Assembly (NCBI GenBank): GCA_030141605.1
Contig: JAQGDQ010000167.1
Coordinates: 19,577 to 83,576, forward strand
Source: Tubiluchus corallicola
Lineage: Eukaryota > Animalia > Priapulida
DNA length: 64,000 bases
Reading direction: 5' to 3'
Shown here: positions 43,001 through 57,700 of the stretch, one piece after another
Position numbering within the stretch: the stretch's first letter is position 1
Layout of the letters: every line of letters starts with the position of its first letter
Made by a program: the position numbers and the translations under genes
The notes under the pieces: model-generated
Told to the model about the DNA's origin: nothing
Seen by the model: the letters and a program-made list of their open reading frames with translations, nothing else
The model's database searches: none

Positions 43001-46000
43001 TTTGGCGGGAGATAAAAAATGTTTAAATCTCTTTTACATTTTTAAGCAAGGCATTCTATGCACATATATTGTGCGTACATCTCAATATTTTAAATTGTAT
43101 ATTAAGAGGCAATAAATGTTGTTCGAGAGTTGGTTCTTCCTTAAGTTAGGATTAGTGCTGCTGCATTACCATCTTTCATTACAAAATTTCCTTTACATAC
43201 AATGAATAAGTTACATATGATCTAAAGACAAAACTGTTAAACTGATATCCAAAAAACTGATCAATTCAAGACCAATCTTGGTACTAATCTTTCCTTGAAC
43301 TAAGAATTGTCCAGGGCTTGACAATTAACAGTCTATACTGTTATCTTACTCTTACCCTTTTACTTTATCATTCTTTCTCCTTCGGAAGATTAATTTCACA
43401 TACCTGTAAAGGGCAGCTGAACAGTATAGTTACTATAACATGCCAAAGCAGTGGAACTAGCTTCAGGCATGGCCCCTGTTCCCTTGTAACAGTACCACGT
43501 ATACCTAAAAAACGAAAAACCCAAAAACATCTAATGATTTACGCAATTTTCAAACTAAGAGAAAAAGAATACAGCTAATATCGTACCAACAATCAGCTGT
43601 GTGTTTTGAATGCCAAATAAACTTTTATAGCATACACTCAAAAAAGAAATACATTAAATGATATAATAATTTTTCAAAAGATAACGGTGAAGCAGATTGC
43701 ATTTATAAACTGCAGTATCCTACTTATTAGTCAGAATTTATGTATAAGTCTAAAAACGGGGTGCAGTTGAAAAGGAGTGATTTGGAGACAAAAATGCTGT
43801 TTAAAGCCTTTGTGCTCCTTTACATCCAATGCAGCTTCGGCTTGATAAATTTTTACAATTTTATAACTCGTCTAAAATGCATATAACCTGTTACAATTTT
43901 TATAACAATAGGCATGGTATTTTTAGTTTAAACATTGAAGGTCTACAATTAATGAACATCTCAGTTTATTTACACAATCCTCGACATTGTTGAAGAACAT
44001 ATCTTATTAAGTAATCCTGGACATTGTTGAAGAACATATCTTATTAGACAATCCTGGACATTGTTGAAGAACATATCTTATTAGACAATCCTGGACATTG
44101 TAGAAGAACATATCTTATTAGACAATCCTGGACATTGTTGAAGAACATATCTTATTACACAATCCTGGACATTGTTGAAGAACATATCTTATTAGACAAT
44201 CCTGGACATTGTAGAAGAACATATCTTATTAGACAATCCTGGACATTGTTGAAGAACATATCTTATTAGACAATCCTGGACATTGTTGAAGAACATATCT
44301 TATTAGACAATCCTGGACATTGTAGAAGAACATATCTTATTAGACAATCCTGGACATTGTAGAAGAACATATCTTATTAGACAATCCTGGACATTGCTGA
44401 AGAACACATCTTAGTAGACTTTCTTGGACATTATTTAAGAAATATCTTATTAGACAATTCTGGACATTGTTGAAGAAATATCTTATTATACAATCCTGGA
44501 CATTTGTTGAAGAACATATGTTATTAGACATTTCAGGAGATTGTTGAGGAACATATGTTATTAGACAATTCTGGACATTGCTGAAGAAATATTTTATTAG
44601 ACAATTCTGGACATTGTTGAAGAACATATCTTATTAGACCATCCTGGACATTGTTGAAGAACATATCTTAGTAGACAATCCTGGACATTGTTGAAGAACA
44701 TATCTTAGTAGACAATCCTGGACATTGTTGAAGAACATATCTTATTAGACAATCCTGGACATTGTAGAAGAACATATCTTAGTAGACAATCCTGGACATT
44801 GTTGAAGAACATATCTTAGTAGACAATCCTGGACATTGTAGAAGAACATATCTTAGTAGACAATCCTGGACATTGTTGAAGAACATATCTTATTAGACAA
44901 TCCTGGACATTGTTGAAGAACATATCTTAGTAGACAATCCTGGACATTGTTGAAGAACATATCTTAGTAGACAATCCTGGACATTGTAGAAGAACATATC
45001 TTATTAGACAATCCTGGACATTGTAGAAGAACATATCTTATTAGGCAATCTTGGACATTGTTGAAGAACAAATCTTATTAGGCAATCTTGGACATTGTTG
45101 AAGAACATATCTTATTTGGCAATCCTGGACATTGTTGAAGAACATATCTTAGTAGACATTCTTGGACATTGTTGAAGAAATATCTTATTATACAATCCTG
45201 TACATTTGTTGAAGAACATATGTTATTAGACACTTCAGGAGATTGTTGAGGAACATATGCTATTAGACATTCTTGGACACTGTTGAAGAAATAACTTATT
45301 AAACAATTCTGGACATTGCTGAAGAACATCCCAACATAGTAATAATAGTTTATTAGATCTGCACATCACATTCATTTGCTGATACTTTGCCAACAGATCA
45401 TAATCATAATAACCGATCAGAACACCGAGGCGACTATAAACTGCCATTACTTAGAACTAACAAATGTGCAAATGACAAAGCATTTAGAAATCACGTAAGA
45501 AACACTTTCAAGATGAATTTTTCATTTATATCTTGAAGTATAGTAAGTTAAATCATACAATTTAAGCTATATGCGTTAACTGTAAATTTATGTATCAATA
45601 ATATTCAAGCTACGAAGCCTTGAGACATCATCTAAGCAATTTCTTGTATAAGTTTAGATGTAATCTATGATTATTGTTGCATGCTGCCTCTTAACTTGGG
45701 ACTCTATTGTAAATGAGCACTGTGTTCAGTCAGGTCAATCCTGTTTAAAGATTTTGCATATTAATGATGATGATGATGATGATAACGATTTTTATTACTA
45801 TTATTATTATTATTACTTAATCAAAATCGAGAAAGACATTCATTCATATAACAAAAACTGTATGCCTACATATCTCTAATAAATTCTAAATTAAAATGCA
45901 TATTGCTAGAAGAATTAAATAATTACAATCATTCTTACGAAAAATCGGCAACCATTTCATCACAAAACGAAGAAGTGTCTGCAGTGGAGTTACATCGCCG

Positions 46001-49000
46001 GAGAAGTTCTCTTGGCATGTCTGGATCGTAAGACTCAGTAGCATCCATAACAATATCAGATTCCCAATGAACAGCCCTTAAAGGACCGCCACTTATTACG
46101 GGAATCAAATCAGAATGTTCGATCATAATCCAGCCCTGGAAAACCAGTAGGAATCTAGAAATATTTCTGACCTTGGACAAAAAATGAGTAACTGTTTCTG
46201 TATAACACTGCTTAACTTAAGTCTTAAGTGAACCAGCAGAAACTTGCTTTTTGAGCAAGTCAGAAACTATACCAAACACCTTGAAATTCAAGGCTAATGC
46301 ATATACTTTGAGATATTTGACTAAGGCTACCTAATCGTTTTCCTAAATGAATTTTTAAATTTAAAGAAAGGCCAAGAAAATCTGGGAGGTTAACCTTATT
46401 TTAACGTTCGCGAAAAATGTTAAAAAGATTTAGTAATAAAATTGCAATAAGTGCCTCAAGTAACTAGTAAGTTCATTTTAAATTCGCGATCACTTCATGC
46501 TTGGGGGCACTCCCATTTTCAATGCCTATTCTTCCTCCAATGACGTCATTCGCCTCGAAGAAAAGCAGTGCACTGTCAATCTTCATTAAAAGTAGTTACA
46601 AAAAAGCTAATTCTGTAATGACTTTTTGCAAGGACGTTAGGTAAGCTGCAGACGTCTGAATTAGTTTAAGCAGTGCACGCTCACGGGAAGCCATGAAGCG
46701 ATCACGAAAAGTCGCAAAGTCTTCCAGTTTTGTCACCATTTTGAGGCGAACAGCGGCAACCATCATGCGTAAAAATATCTATTCAGAAGTAGTACATTTT
46801 ACATTTATGCTTTATAGACAGTTCTTTGAAAATTTCTTTGTTAAATTATTCTAAGTTAAATGATAACAGTAAAACAAACCTAACATACTGAGTAAGTTGT
46901 TCTTTCCTTTAAAAAAAATTAATTAATGAGAAGCCATACCTGGTCTGTGCTTTGTTTCGTTTCGCCAGTACTAAAAGTCAAAGTGACAGACTGGTAGATA
47001 ATGTATGCACCAGGGAGCAGAAATTTCGCTGGTATTATTACATCACTGCCATCAGTTACAACAAATTCTGGAAATACCACAGCATTTTCAGTAGACGGAT
47101 GTGAATGAAACATTTCCCACTCGTAACCGATATCGACCTTGTTCTCACAATTTTCGTAAACTGATGATGTTATTGTAATAGCAAATCCCAATTCAAATGT
47201 TGGTGCATCACTTTCGTTGTAGCCAACATCATTAATCCGCACATCTAAGTCGCAATCAGGAACTGCTGCGGCAACAGGGCCAAGTCGAGCTGACAGTTCA
47301 ATTACATATGCACTCGTTGATACAGACCAAAATTGCATATCATTCACTGAGCCAACAACAATCACTTCATAAAGTCCCGGCTCCGAATAAGAATGCTGAT
47401 ACACAAACACAACAGATGCCATAGTGCTGTTTGAGTTCGCAACATTTTCAGCAGCTACTTCAGAATGGTTTACAGGTATGAATTGCTGATCATCAATGGT
47501 AAATACATGCTGATCACCCATGCTCCACGAGAACACAACAGTAGCATCTACATATTCAGAATATAAGAGAAAGGAAATGTTTGCACCAACAATGTAAGCA
47601 TCTAGATCGGGTTCTCTTGCCAAAAATAACCCAGACACCTTCTCTGAAACAACAAAAAACGATTTGCTGATGATACGATTTTCTCACAATCATCCAGAAA
47701 AGTGCTTCAAGTAATTCCTATTATGTTGCATGTACATATTCTCTTACAGTTTGCTCGTAATTCACTACAATAATTAGCTTAAAATATTTGAGAACAGTAC
47801 ACACATCAGGCACTGAATTTTCACGCTTCCTGTGTTTTTTTTTATAAAAGTTTGAATCCCTCTTTGGCCAGCTTGTGTATATGTTACAGGCAAAATGTGA
47901 AATCAGGTATTCTGTAGAATGCCTAGGCATTTTATAGAGGCTAAAGCAAACCACGTAAAGTGTCTAAAATAGTTCATTAAACACTTTTCCGAGGTATTAG
48001 CCGTATGCCATTTTTGTTAATATTGGTTTGAGCACGTCCACAATACGCCTTTTGTTTCTAACTATAAAAGTCAAAAACAATTTTTAATCAATCAGATTTA
48101 TGCAACTGGTTGATTAATGCAGCATGAGAACGAAGCCCACACCTTTTGAAATCAAATCGGTACATAATGCAAATAGCACATGGTATGCATGCTATCAGAT
48201 GTTTTTTGAAGGAATGCATATTAATGAGCATAAGTCATGGTATTGAAACTGCAATACAGGTTCAGTCCCGACTTTTTTAAGCTTCTTTCATATCAACCAA
48301 GTGAAAAGTAAACTCTCATTTTATATTGTCTTATCAAAAAATAAATAATTGCATGGCCTCTAGTGGTCACTACATTGTACTTTCAATCTAAATAAGCTCC
48401 TTGCTTAAAATCAAGACTCATTCTCGACTTTTCCAAATTTCCTTTTTTCAGATCAAGTTTGTTTTCAACAATATAATAATTGTGAGTCCATTTGGCCGTT
48501 AACCATTTTGTTATACTATGTTACATTATCTCATTTCTTAGTCCCAGTATCTTGCAAATAATTACCTGATTACCTGTTTCACAATCTCTTCCTGCATATT
48601 TTTCTAAACAGATACACGTGTACGACATCTCGCCATTGACACACGTTGCACCATTCAAGCATGGCATAGAAGCACAAACATCAATGGCTAAATTTACAAA
48701 AACATTATTTTTTTACAGTTTAACACACACCAAGCCAATGCATGGCTTATACAGGCTCACAGCCTATGGCTGATGAGAAAGTGCTGCACCTTGTTGAAAA
48801 ATTATATTGTTAATAGTAAGAATATAGTGTGCGCATCTGGTGCTCTGAATTTTAAGCAGAGCTTCAGTTGGTGGCTGAGTGATCTTCTGGTAGGCTGACT
48901 TTACAGTTCATGTCTATGATTACTGTCAGTGGCAGCTCGTGTATAGGTACTGTGGTAATGCAGCATCCCTTATTTTCACTCAATATTACCGATTATATTC

Positions 49001-52000
49001 AATAATGTCTTTTTTTCTTAAGTTCTTTCTTTAAACTTGTATGGTCCAGAGCACGTGAGGGTAGTACTTTTCACAGTCAAGCACAAAGGGCTCACAGCTC
49101 AAGCAATGTCTGAGATAAGATGCTGCACTCTAGGTAGAAAAAGTACTCTCTTTCACCTAGTGTGTGTTGTCAGTTGTCGCATGTGTTTACCGGCATATTC
49201 TTGAACTGCGACAATTTAAGCTGTTCGTAAACAAACAATATCTTGTGCTTAGGATTTTATTAAGCTTATGTATAAATTTCAGTATGTTTGTTTGCTTTAA
49301 CATTACAAGATTAAAATCACAAGTTTGTTTCGCTTTACACAGTATTAAAACAATGGCTAAAAACTTTCCGAAGCAGCACCACACTAATTTTAATTACGAG
49401 CCATCACTGGTTACTGTCATTACCATAGTAACGGGGTTCGAGTTAAAAATAAAAAGCATTGCTAAAGACCCTTTTTGACTCACATGAAACCTTGCTGAGA
49501 TAGAATGAAATTTTTGAAAAAGAAAATAATTAGAAATTTGAAGCGTAAAGTGACTTAAAGGAAGACCAGATGATTTTCCATATACTACCCATTTTCAAAT
49601 CCGATAAAAAATATACGTTTTAACATAATTAATACCGCAAAAGTGTTTCTGATAATTTAATAATAGATTAAAAACTTAATTGACAACAAGCGAGCCCAAC
49701 TATTAATTACATCACAAACTAACAACATTTTCAACAGCAAAAATATTCTGTGAGCGTGTTGCACATGTTTGCAAAAGGGAAAATTTAAGTCAGTGCAGGC
49801 ACGTTTTAAGATAAAAATTCAAATTTAAAAATTACCGCTCTGCTCATGCATAAGCTGTCAAGCGCGTGCAGCTTGTCACAAACTAACACACATGAACTCA
49901 GAGGTACAGCACTTTTTTGTCGAGCGTATTTCCGAAAAGCAGTCGCTTGTACCCGTCTGACTAGCGAATGGTAAAATGCATGTAACAGTGAAGAACTAGA
50001 GGCGCGAACACGAAATTGTGTTAGTGCGGTAACAATTCTTTCACATCTTTTTTGAAAAACAGTACGTTTCCTTTCAATATTTTAAAGAGTAAATTGTTTT
50101 GACCATTATTGTACTAGTTGATTTATCAAAAAGTCCTAGCTATGATAATAATTTTAAAGTAACTGAAACATGGCATTTTACATTTTAGTTGCCACGGTAA
50201 AATCTCTATAACATGCCTCTCTGTACAACACTAAACTTATCAGCTTTTACATGTCAAGCAACTCATGGGGCAAGCTTTTGGCAAATGAATGAACATCCGT
50301 ACCACACTGAGAGACACACTGTCTTATACAATTAAAATTAAAGCAGCTCATTAATTAGAAACCTACCTACTTGTAACTCACAAACTTCTCCTGTAAAGCC
50401 ATCAGGACATTCACACTTATAAGCATTTACATCATCTACACAAGTTGCGTTATTCTCACAGGGATTAGAACCGCATTCATTGATTTCTAAAATTTGAAAA
50501 AAAACAGTTAGTAAATACCTTAACTAATTCCAAGTGATTTGTTAAAGTGGGAAAAGGCAATTTTAACATAAATCCCAAAAATTTTCCATAGAAAGTTACA
50601 TTACTTAACATTACGCTTACCTGTTTGAAATATTTACGTAATTGGAAAAGAAAATTCTTAATAATTTAAAATATTCGAGCCACCTGATAAAACAGCATTC
50701 TATCATCATCCCAGTATTCATCACTGATTCACCAAAAAATACCAAAGATCACCAAAACATTGATCTTACTGACAATATAAAGTAAATTAAAATTTTGCCT
50801 AGTTAGCAGAGAGTATGCAACAAACACCCTGATTATTTTTTCAAGGTTTGCGTAATCTTACCTAAACTTGACTCAAACAACTTACTGTTAAAATGGCTGC
50901 ACCTAACTATCATCAAGGGAGTTTAAATTTACAAGTTTTATATAGCGTTACTGTTAACCCCAGCTCTGCATGCAATAAGACACCATGTCAATGATATAAA
51001 ATTTCACTGTATGCAATAAGACGGCATATAAGTAATATAAAATTTCAAGATGAATTTTTAAAGTTTTTTTGTGAACAGTGTTTGCTGGTGCTTTAGTCTA
51101 TTGTAATAGACCACTGGTTGTTGTCACGGTAACGTCAGATCGGCATAAGTGTTGCTTTTAAACAACTTCGGGTAGCACTTTTTACTATGTTGTACAATTT
51201 CGAACAAATAGGAAACGACAAGAACATCTAAAATAAGTGTTTTCTCTAATAGTTATTAAACAACTTTATTCTTTTCATTATATACACTAAACTGTACAGT
51301 ATATACTTATTCTAGATTCGATAAAAAATATATATTGACCTAGTTTATAATGACTAGAAAACGAAATATTTCAGTCTTGCTTTACAATAGCTCCTCTTGA
51401 TAACGGCAATTAATTAATTAACAAATAAGTAAGGAATTAACGGCTAAATAATATTGAAAATTTTTAATGAAATCTTGTATGCAGAAAATTTACATCATCA
51501 TCCGAAGTCTTACGAGTAAAAAGGTTAAGATGGACATTCTTTAACTCCTTCAAGACTGCAACATTTACAATAAGTCTTATAAGAACTACAACTTTTCTGC
51601 TACTGTATTAGTGCAGATATAATTAAATGGTGATAAGTTAGGTATTTAGGAGAATCTCGGCTATCCAATCATGTGATTTGTTTAAACATTTATAAGTGAT
51701 TTAATGGGAAAAAATAAGAAAAATTTATGTAAAAGAAGTGAGATACGTTCCAGATTAATGCTGCTTAAATCACATAAATTAAAGGTTTTATGAGTTTCAC
51801 CCATGTTTCTACTAATTAATATCTTAAATTTCTACTTGCCTGAAACCACCTATATATCTTACTTACCTAGCTAACAGTTTCTATTTTTCTTTCAAAATTT
51901 CTACTTGCCTGAAACCACCTATATATCTTACTTACCTAGCTAACAGTTTATATTTTGTTAACATATAAGACTAGGCAGCAGTTCAAAGCCAAGTCTTGAA

Positions 52001-54678
52001 GCGACCTTGAGAATTTTATCTAGTCTGGTTGCTATAACAACAGCTTGCAGGCAAAATTCCTCCCCATAAAGTTTGCTGCCAGGTCTGGCTTGATACAAAC
52101 AACTAGCATTTAGTGGTCAGTTGGGAAGCAAAAATGTATACTTATATAATAACTGCACTGCTTACATTACTAGTACGTTTTAGAACAGTATAACAGTATG
52201 TGCTGTTTTAATACATTAAATTAGGTAAAAAGTTGTTGATAAAATAAAAATTGGCTTTGAGCAGAGTAAAAAATCCACGTTAAAATGAAACGGGTGTTGT
52301 TAAGTGAAAAAATGAAAACAACGAAATTATATAGTAAAACCTTTAAACAACTTCATCCCAGCGAGGCAAGATGTTATTTAAGTAAATTTATTATATCTTA
52401 GCATTTTCAACAAATTTTCTAAAAATGTATCCAACATTACTTTCACAGAAATTGAATACTAATCAGAAAATTGAAAATATTGAACGGAAGGTTTGAGAAA
52501 AGTAAAACTTTAGTAACACAAATCACACCACAGGATTGTTTTGTTGATGTTTAGTTTAAATTCCTTTACCTGTCTCACAACGATAACCTGTGGAACCAGG
52601 TAAACACAAACAAAAGAAAGAATTTACATTATCAATACAGCTGGCATTATTGTAGCACGGTCCATAACCACATTCATCAATTTCTAAAATAAAAATAAAA
52701 ACGTTTTTTTTAAGTTTTGATCAGAAATTAATGACCCTTTGGCTCATACTGTATTTTCTAAAATCAAATCTAGACCTTCCTTTCACTGATTTTTTTGAGT
52801 GATTTCTTGTTCTACTGTCCTTACATTCCAGACCTTCGAGTCCATTCACAATTCTAATCAGATCTGCTCTCAGTCGATGGTGTTCTAGGGGCATTAATCT
52901 GCATCTGTTCAGTTTGTGTTCATATGTTAGCTCTGCAAAACTAGGGCATTCGATCAAGTTGATAGATCTCTTTTGTACACCTTCAATCAATCTAATATCT
53001 TTTACCATATATGGTCTCCATGCCTGCATGCAATAATCCAAGCGTGGTCTAACAAAACTTTTGTACAGTTTTATAATCACATCTTTGTCTATATTAATAA
53101 AAATACTTTTTATCGTGCCCAACGTTCTGTTAGCCTTTCGTGACGACCATCAGCATTGTTAACTATTAGTTCTTAAGAATATCTATGGCAGCCATTTTAT
53201 TTTGCGCATGTCACGTTGCCTATCTTCCTTCTACGCAATTTCTTGAGCAGTATAACCATACAAACTTGTTTTGGATATGAGGTACTATACGTAATATTTT
53301 TCGATGCAGTTTTTAAGCAGGCGAGTTATTTTCTGCGCAGCATTTACAACCAAAAATTACTCTCCACGTCTTTATAGACAATGTCTGTAACCACTGTTGT
53401 AAATCGAAAACTTAAATCGTAAGTAAACTAAGCGAATCGGGAGACATTCCAGTAGTAGAGAAAATCTTTCACTAGAGAAGAACTTTTAGGGATCAAACTC
53501 ACACCTACGGATCTGTACAGTTGATACTTAGCGATTGTATCATTTAAATTTAATTTAATTTTTCACATACAGTTTTTCCGGTATAAATAATGGACCACAC
53601 AACAATCAACATTCACTGACATGGTCCACTCACCAATGACATTTGTGAAAAACCAGAAGCTTGGACCATTATGAACAAAAACCCTCCGAAATGAGCCACT
53701 AAACTGACAGAGGTGAGGTAGTCAATGCTTCTTGCCTTAAAATCTAGTGTATTGTTTGTTTATTTGATCAATATTTTGACACTACTAGTTCCTGATCAAG
53801 AATACATAGTGAATATATACAGGTAATGTCCAAATATTGATCAAATAAACAAAAAATATACAGCATTTTACTGCAACAATTGTGGGTTGTTAATTTATTT
53901 ATGTGGTATAATACAGTTTAACGTAACTGACTATGTACTGAACAACGAGATTATGTGATTGTAAAGAAAATAAAAACACTGTTCCAAGTTGAATGGTAAC
54001 AATTTGCTTTCGGTATTTGCATTTTCAATTCTTAATTCTGATATTTAATGACCAAACCACTGGCCAATAAGCCTTTTCACAGTTTTGTTGTGCACACGCG
54101 CAGTTGCCGCAGGTCAAAGGTTAAGTGTAACACAGAAACTACAACCATCACTTGACACGTGTGTAAACCAAAGCCGTCTGCCGAATCGGTTCAGTAACTT
54201 CAGTTGTTTTGCATGGACTTAATTAGTTTGTGCATAGAGTAATTTACTAGCAGGATCTTGCTTGCAAACAAGAAAAATGAACTAGGTAAGGTTGTAGCTA
54301 GCTTGTAAAACATGTTAAAACTGCTGCTACATCAATAGAATGGGCATGTACAAAACGTTAAGTGTTTTGCATTATACTGTTAAACCGCTTTACACTGGCC
54401 ACTTTGAGATGGAAAAAGTTAATGTTACAGCAAGTTTGGCATTATAACCGGGTGTGTTAAATTTTGACAGACGAATCACAAAACAGTCAGACAAATGTAC
54501 ACTGGTTAGAGTCCTTAATTTTTTCTCCAAAGGTTAATGAATTAATGACTCACTGAAAATCAATCACCTTTATTGAGACAATTTTGTTTACATAAAGATG
54601 TCTTGTACTCAAAGATATAATCTGTAGCTTACTGTGTATGTGTGTGTGTGTGTGTGTGTGTTTCGAAATACTACACAT

Positions 54679-54747
<69 letters not shown>

Positions 54748-57700
54748 CATATATATAGATTTATAAAACTCATAACTACAAATGTTTTGCTAGAATTTGC
54801 TTCGATGACATGTTTTCTTGTCAGCTGCTATTATGACTGAATATGCATTGATAATAATAACAGAGTTATCAATACTTTACTATTGTGAATATGCGATGTA
54901 CAGTCAGTACAGCTTGTAAACAATAAAAGCATATTAACGTGCATTATTTTGCACAACACCTGACGTCTGGTCAGTGTCTACAATCCAGTGAAGCATATCG
55001 CCAGCCTCATATGACTGGCTTAATATAAAGGTCACTGGCATTTCCTCATTGAACATATACATTAATTTGCCAGGCGGTTGCTGGGTAATGGGTTGCGGTA
55101 TATCCGGTTATTTTTATAAGCAGTTTAATGCAACTGTTTTGTTCCTGGCCATTTTCCAGGTGGAAACGAAGTATGGCAGTATAGTAAAAGCCACTAAAGA
55201 GAAGTCAACGAAACTTGGTCTTGGTAGCAACCAGAAGGGAACAAGATAATTATAGTACACTTAACCTTAGTTTCACCTTGAAGCTTCGTCCTAGCAAACT
55301 GCAGTACTGTGGGCTTGCCACTGTACACTTACACATTTTATTACATGGACTGTCAAAACTTAAATCACTTATTTAGTCTGTTTTACATGTTTGCGTACCT
55401 GTTTCGCAGCTATGCCCCTCATATCCAGGAGCGCAGGAACAGTTATAGTGATTCACTTCATCATAACAAGTTCCATTGTTTTGACAAGGTTTAGATGAAC
55501 ATTCATCTGTTTCTGTTGTTTAAAAAAGAAATAGTAAAAGCCACGGCACAAGTTCATAACAAAAAATGTTGCAAACTAACCGATGTAAAACCAATTACTT
55601 TCAAACATTTGCCCAATTTTAAGAAGAAGCCATAACAGACTTCAAAAATTTGCTTTTAGACTTGGTTTCATTTACGTCTATTCATCATAGGCAACTAAGA
55701 TGATTACACTAGCAATTCGGTCTCAAGGATGCTTAGCTTGGCAGTTTTATTTGAAGGCACTTTTCCATGTTGAGACAGAATTTGTCTAGTAAAATTTTCG
55801 ATGGCTGGTTCGCTGGGTAAATTATTGCTGCATTCACGTTATATGCATCTATATTGTCAGGAGAAGAATAGACATATTTCAAGGAATCATTAGAGAAAAA
55901 TCTGGAATAAACATAAATGGCTAACTTCGCGAAGTTATCAAACATATTTATTGCAAAAAGTAACCCAGACAAAGAACAAAGTTCAAAAGAGAGAAATGAT
56001 GTTGCTGATGCTTTATAGTGTCTCAAAGAAGTCCCAAAAAAGTCTCTAGAAGCAATGCTAGAATTTTTACTTTAATAAATATTACACAAAAATCTCTCAA
56101 TTAAGAAAACACAACATCTAAAAACCAAATTAGTGTTTAATAATTTTATGTGATTTTTTTCCTGTTAATTTTTGCAATAATGATAAACTACAGTAAGTGC
56201 TGAATGGATGCATTTCCTCTTTTTTCTTAAGTAGGAATTTTTTTAATAATTTAGCACGACAATTAACAGCTCCCTTACCAGTGCAGCCATCCTCATCTTG
56301 TTTTCCATATCCCTCATAACCTAGCAAGCATTTGCATGAAAAACTTCCTTCAGTGTTCACACACTTGGCATTGCTGTGACAATTATGAATCTCTTTGGCA
56401 CATTCATCAATATCTAAAGCAGCAGACACTCATAAAGCATAATTAAAAGTTAACACAGTAAGAAATGCAGCAATGTTAGTATTATGTATGAAACATGTCT
56501 GACAAAATTAGCATAGTGACAATAGCATTACAATTATCAGTCCTTACCAGTGCAGCCATCCCCATCATGTTTTTCATCACCCTCATAACCTAGCAAGCAT
56601 TCGCATGAAAAACTTCCTTCAGTGTTCACACACTTGGCATTGTAGCGACAATTGTGATTCTCTTTGACACATTCATCAATATCTAAAGCAGGAGACACTC
56701 ATAAAGCATAATTAAAAGTTAACACAGTAAGAAATGCAGCAATGTTAGTATTATGTATGAAACATGTCTGACAAAATTAGCATAGTGACAATAGCATTAC
56801 AATTATCAGTCCTTACCAGTGCAGCCATCCCCATCATGTTTTCCATCACCCTCATAACCTAGCAAGCACTCGCATGAAAAAATTCCTTTAGTGTTCACAC
56901 ACTTGGCATTACAGCGACAAATTTGATTCTCTTCGGCACATTCATCAATATTTAAAGCAGCAGATACTCATAAAGCAATTAATGGTTAAGGTATGAAATA
57001 CAGCAATGCAAGGAATTAGTGCAAAGAATAAACATGAAAAAATTAGCTAGCACAGTGACTTTAGCATTACAATTATTGATCTTTACCAGTGCAGCCATCC
57101 CCATCTTGTTTTCCATCACCCTCATAACCTAGCAAGCACTCGCATGAAAAACTTCCTTTAGTGTTCGCACACTCGGCATTGCTGTGACAATTATGATTCC
57201 CTTCGGCACATTCATCATTATTTAAAGCAGCAGATACTCAGAGAGCAATTAATGGTTAAGGAACAAAATACAGCAATGCAAGCAATAAGCACAAAAAATA
57301 AATATGACAAAATTAGCACTGTACTAGCACAGTGACTTTAGCATCACAATTATCAGTCTTTACCAGTGCAGCCATCCTCATCTTGTTTTCCATATCCCTC
57401 ATAACCTAGCAAGCATTTGCATGAAAAACTTCCTTCAGTGTTCACACACTTGGCATTGCTGTGACAAATACGATTCTCTTTGACACATTCATCAATATCT
57501 AAAGCAGCAGATACTAATGAAGCAATTAATAGCTAATAGAGCATGAAATGTATCAATGCTTAAATTAAGTATGGACAAAATTAGGAGTGAATTTAACATT
57601 GCAATTATCGGGTCTTACAGGATCAGCCATCCCGATCTTGTTTGCCATCACCCTCATAACCTAGCAAGCTTTTGCATGAAAAACTTCCTTCAGTATTTAC

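Larger units (their letters stand above)
23799..44424 (-). repeat. Right arm of giant inverted repeat
   Basis: GTTAAGGTAGGAAAATAACT at 23799 is the reverse complement of the left arm end. Position 44424 pairs with position 1. Confidence 0.97.

Noticed and set aside
43970-45330. 37-bp repeat (and its mirror at 1-455) as a CRISPR array
   Set aside because: Units are head-to-tail with no unique spacers, there are no cas genes, and the context is a eukaryotic intron. ORFs 44340-44627 and 45078-45329 are satellite translations.
55560-56030. ORF 55733-56026 as a gene or transposase remnant
   Set aside because: No motif I can support; could be decayed transposon sequence and needs a BLASTx search.
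56817-57221. AA acceptors as functional non-canonical splice sites or retained introns
   Set aside because: Seven of 12 AA units also have an in-frame stop, and the one retained intron I translated (56952-57086) hits a stop within five codons. An in-frame GAG 15 nt upstream exists but is a weak acceptor; RNA data would be needed.
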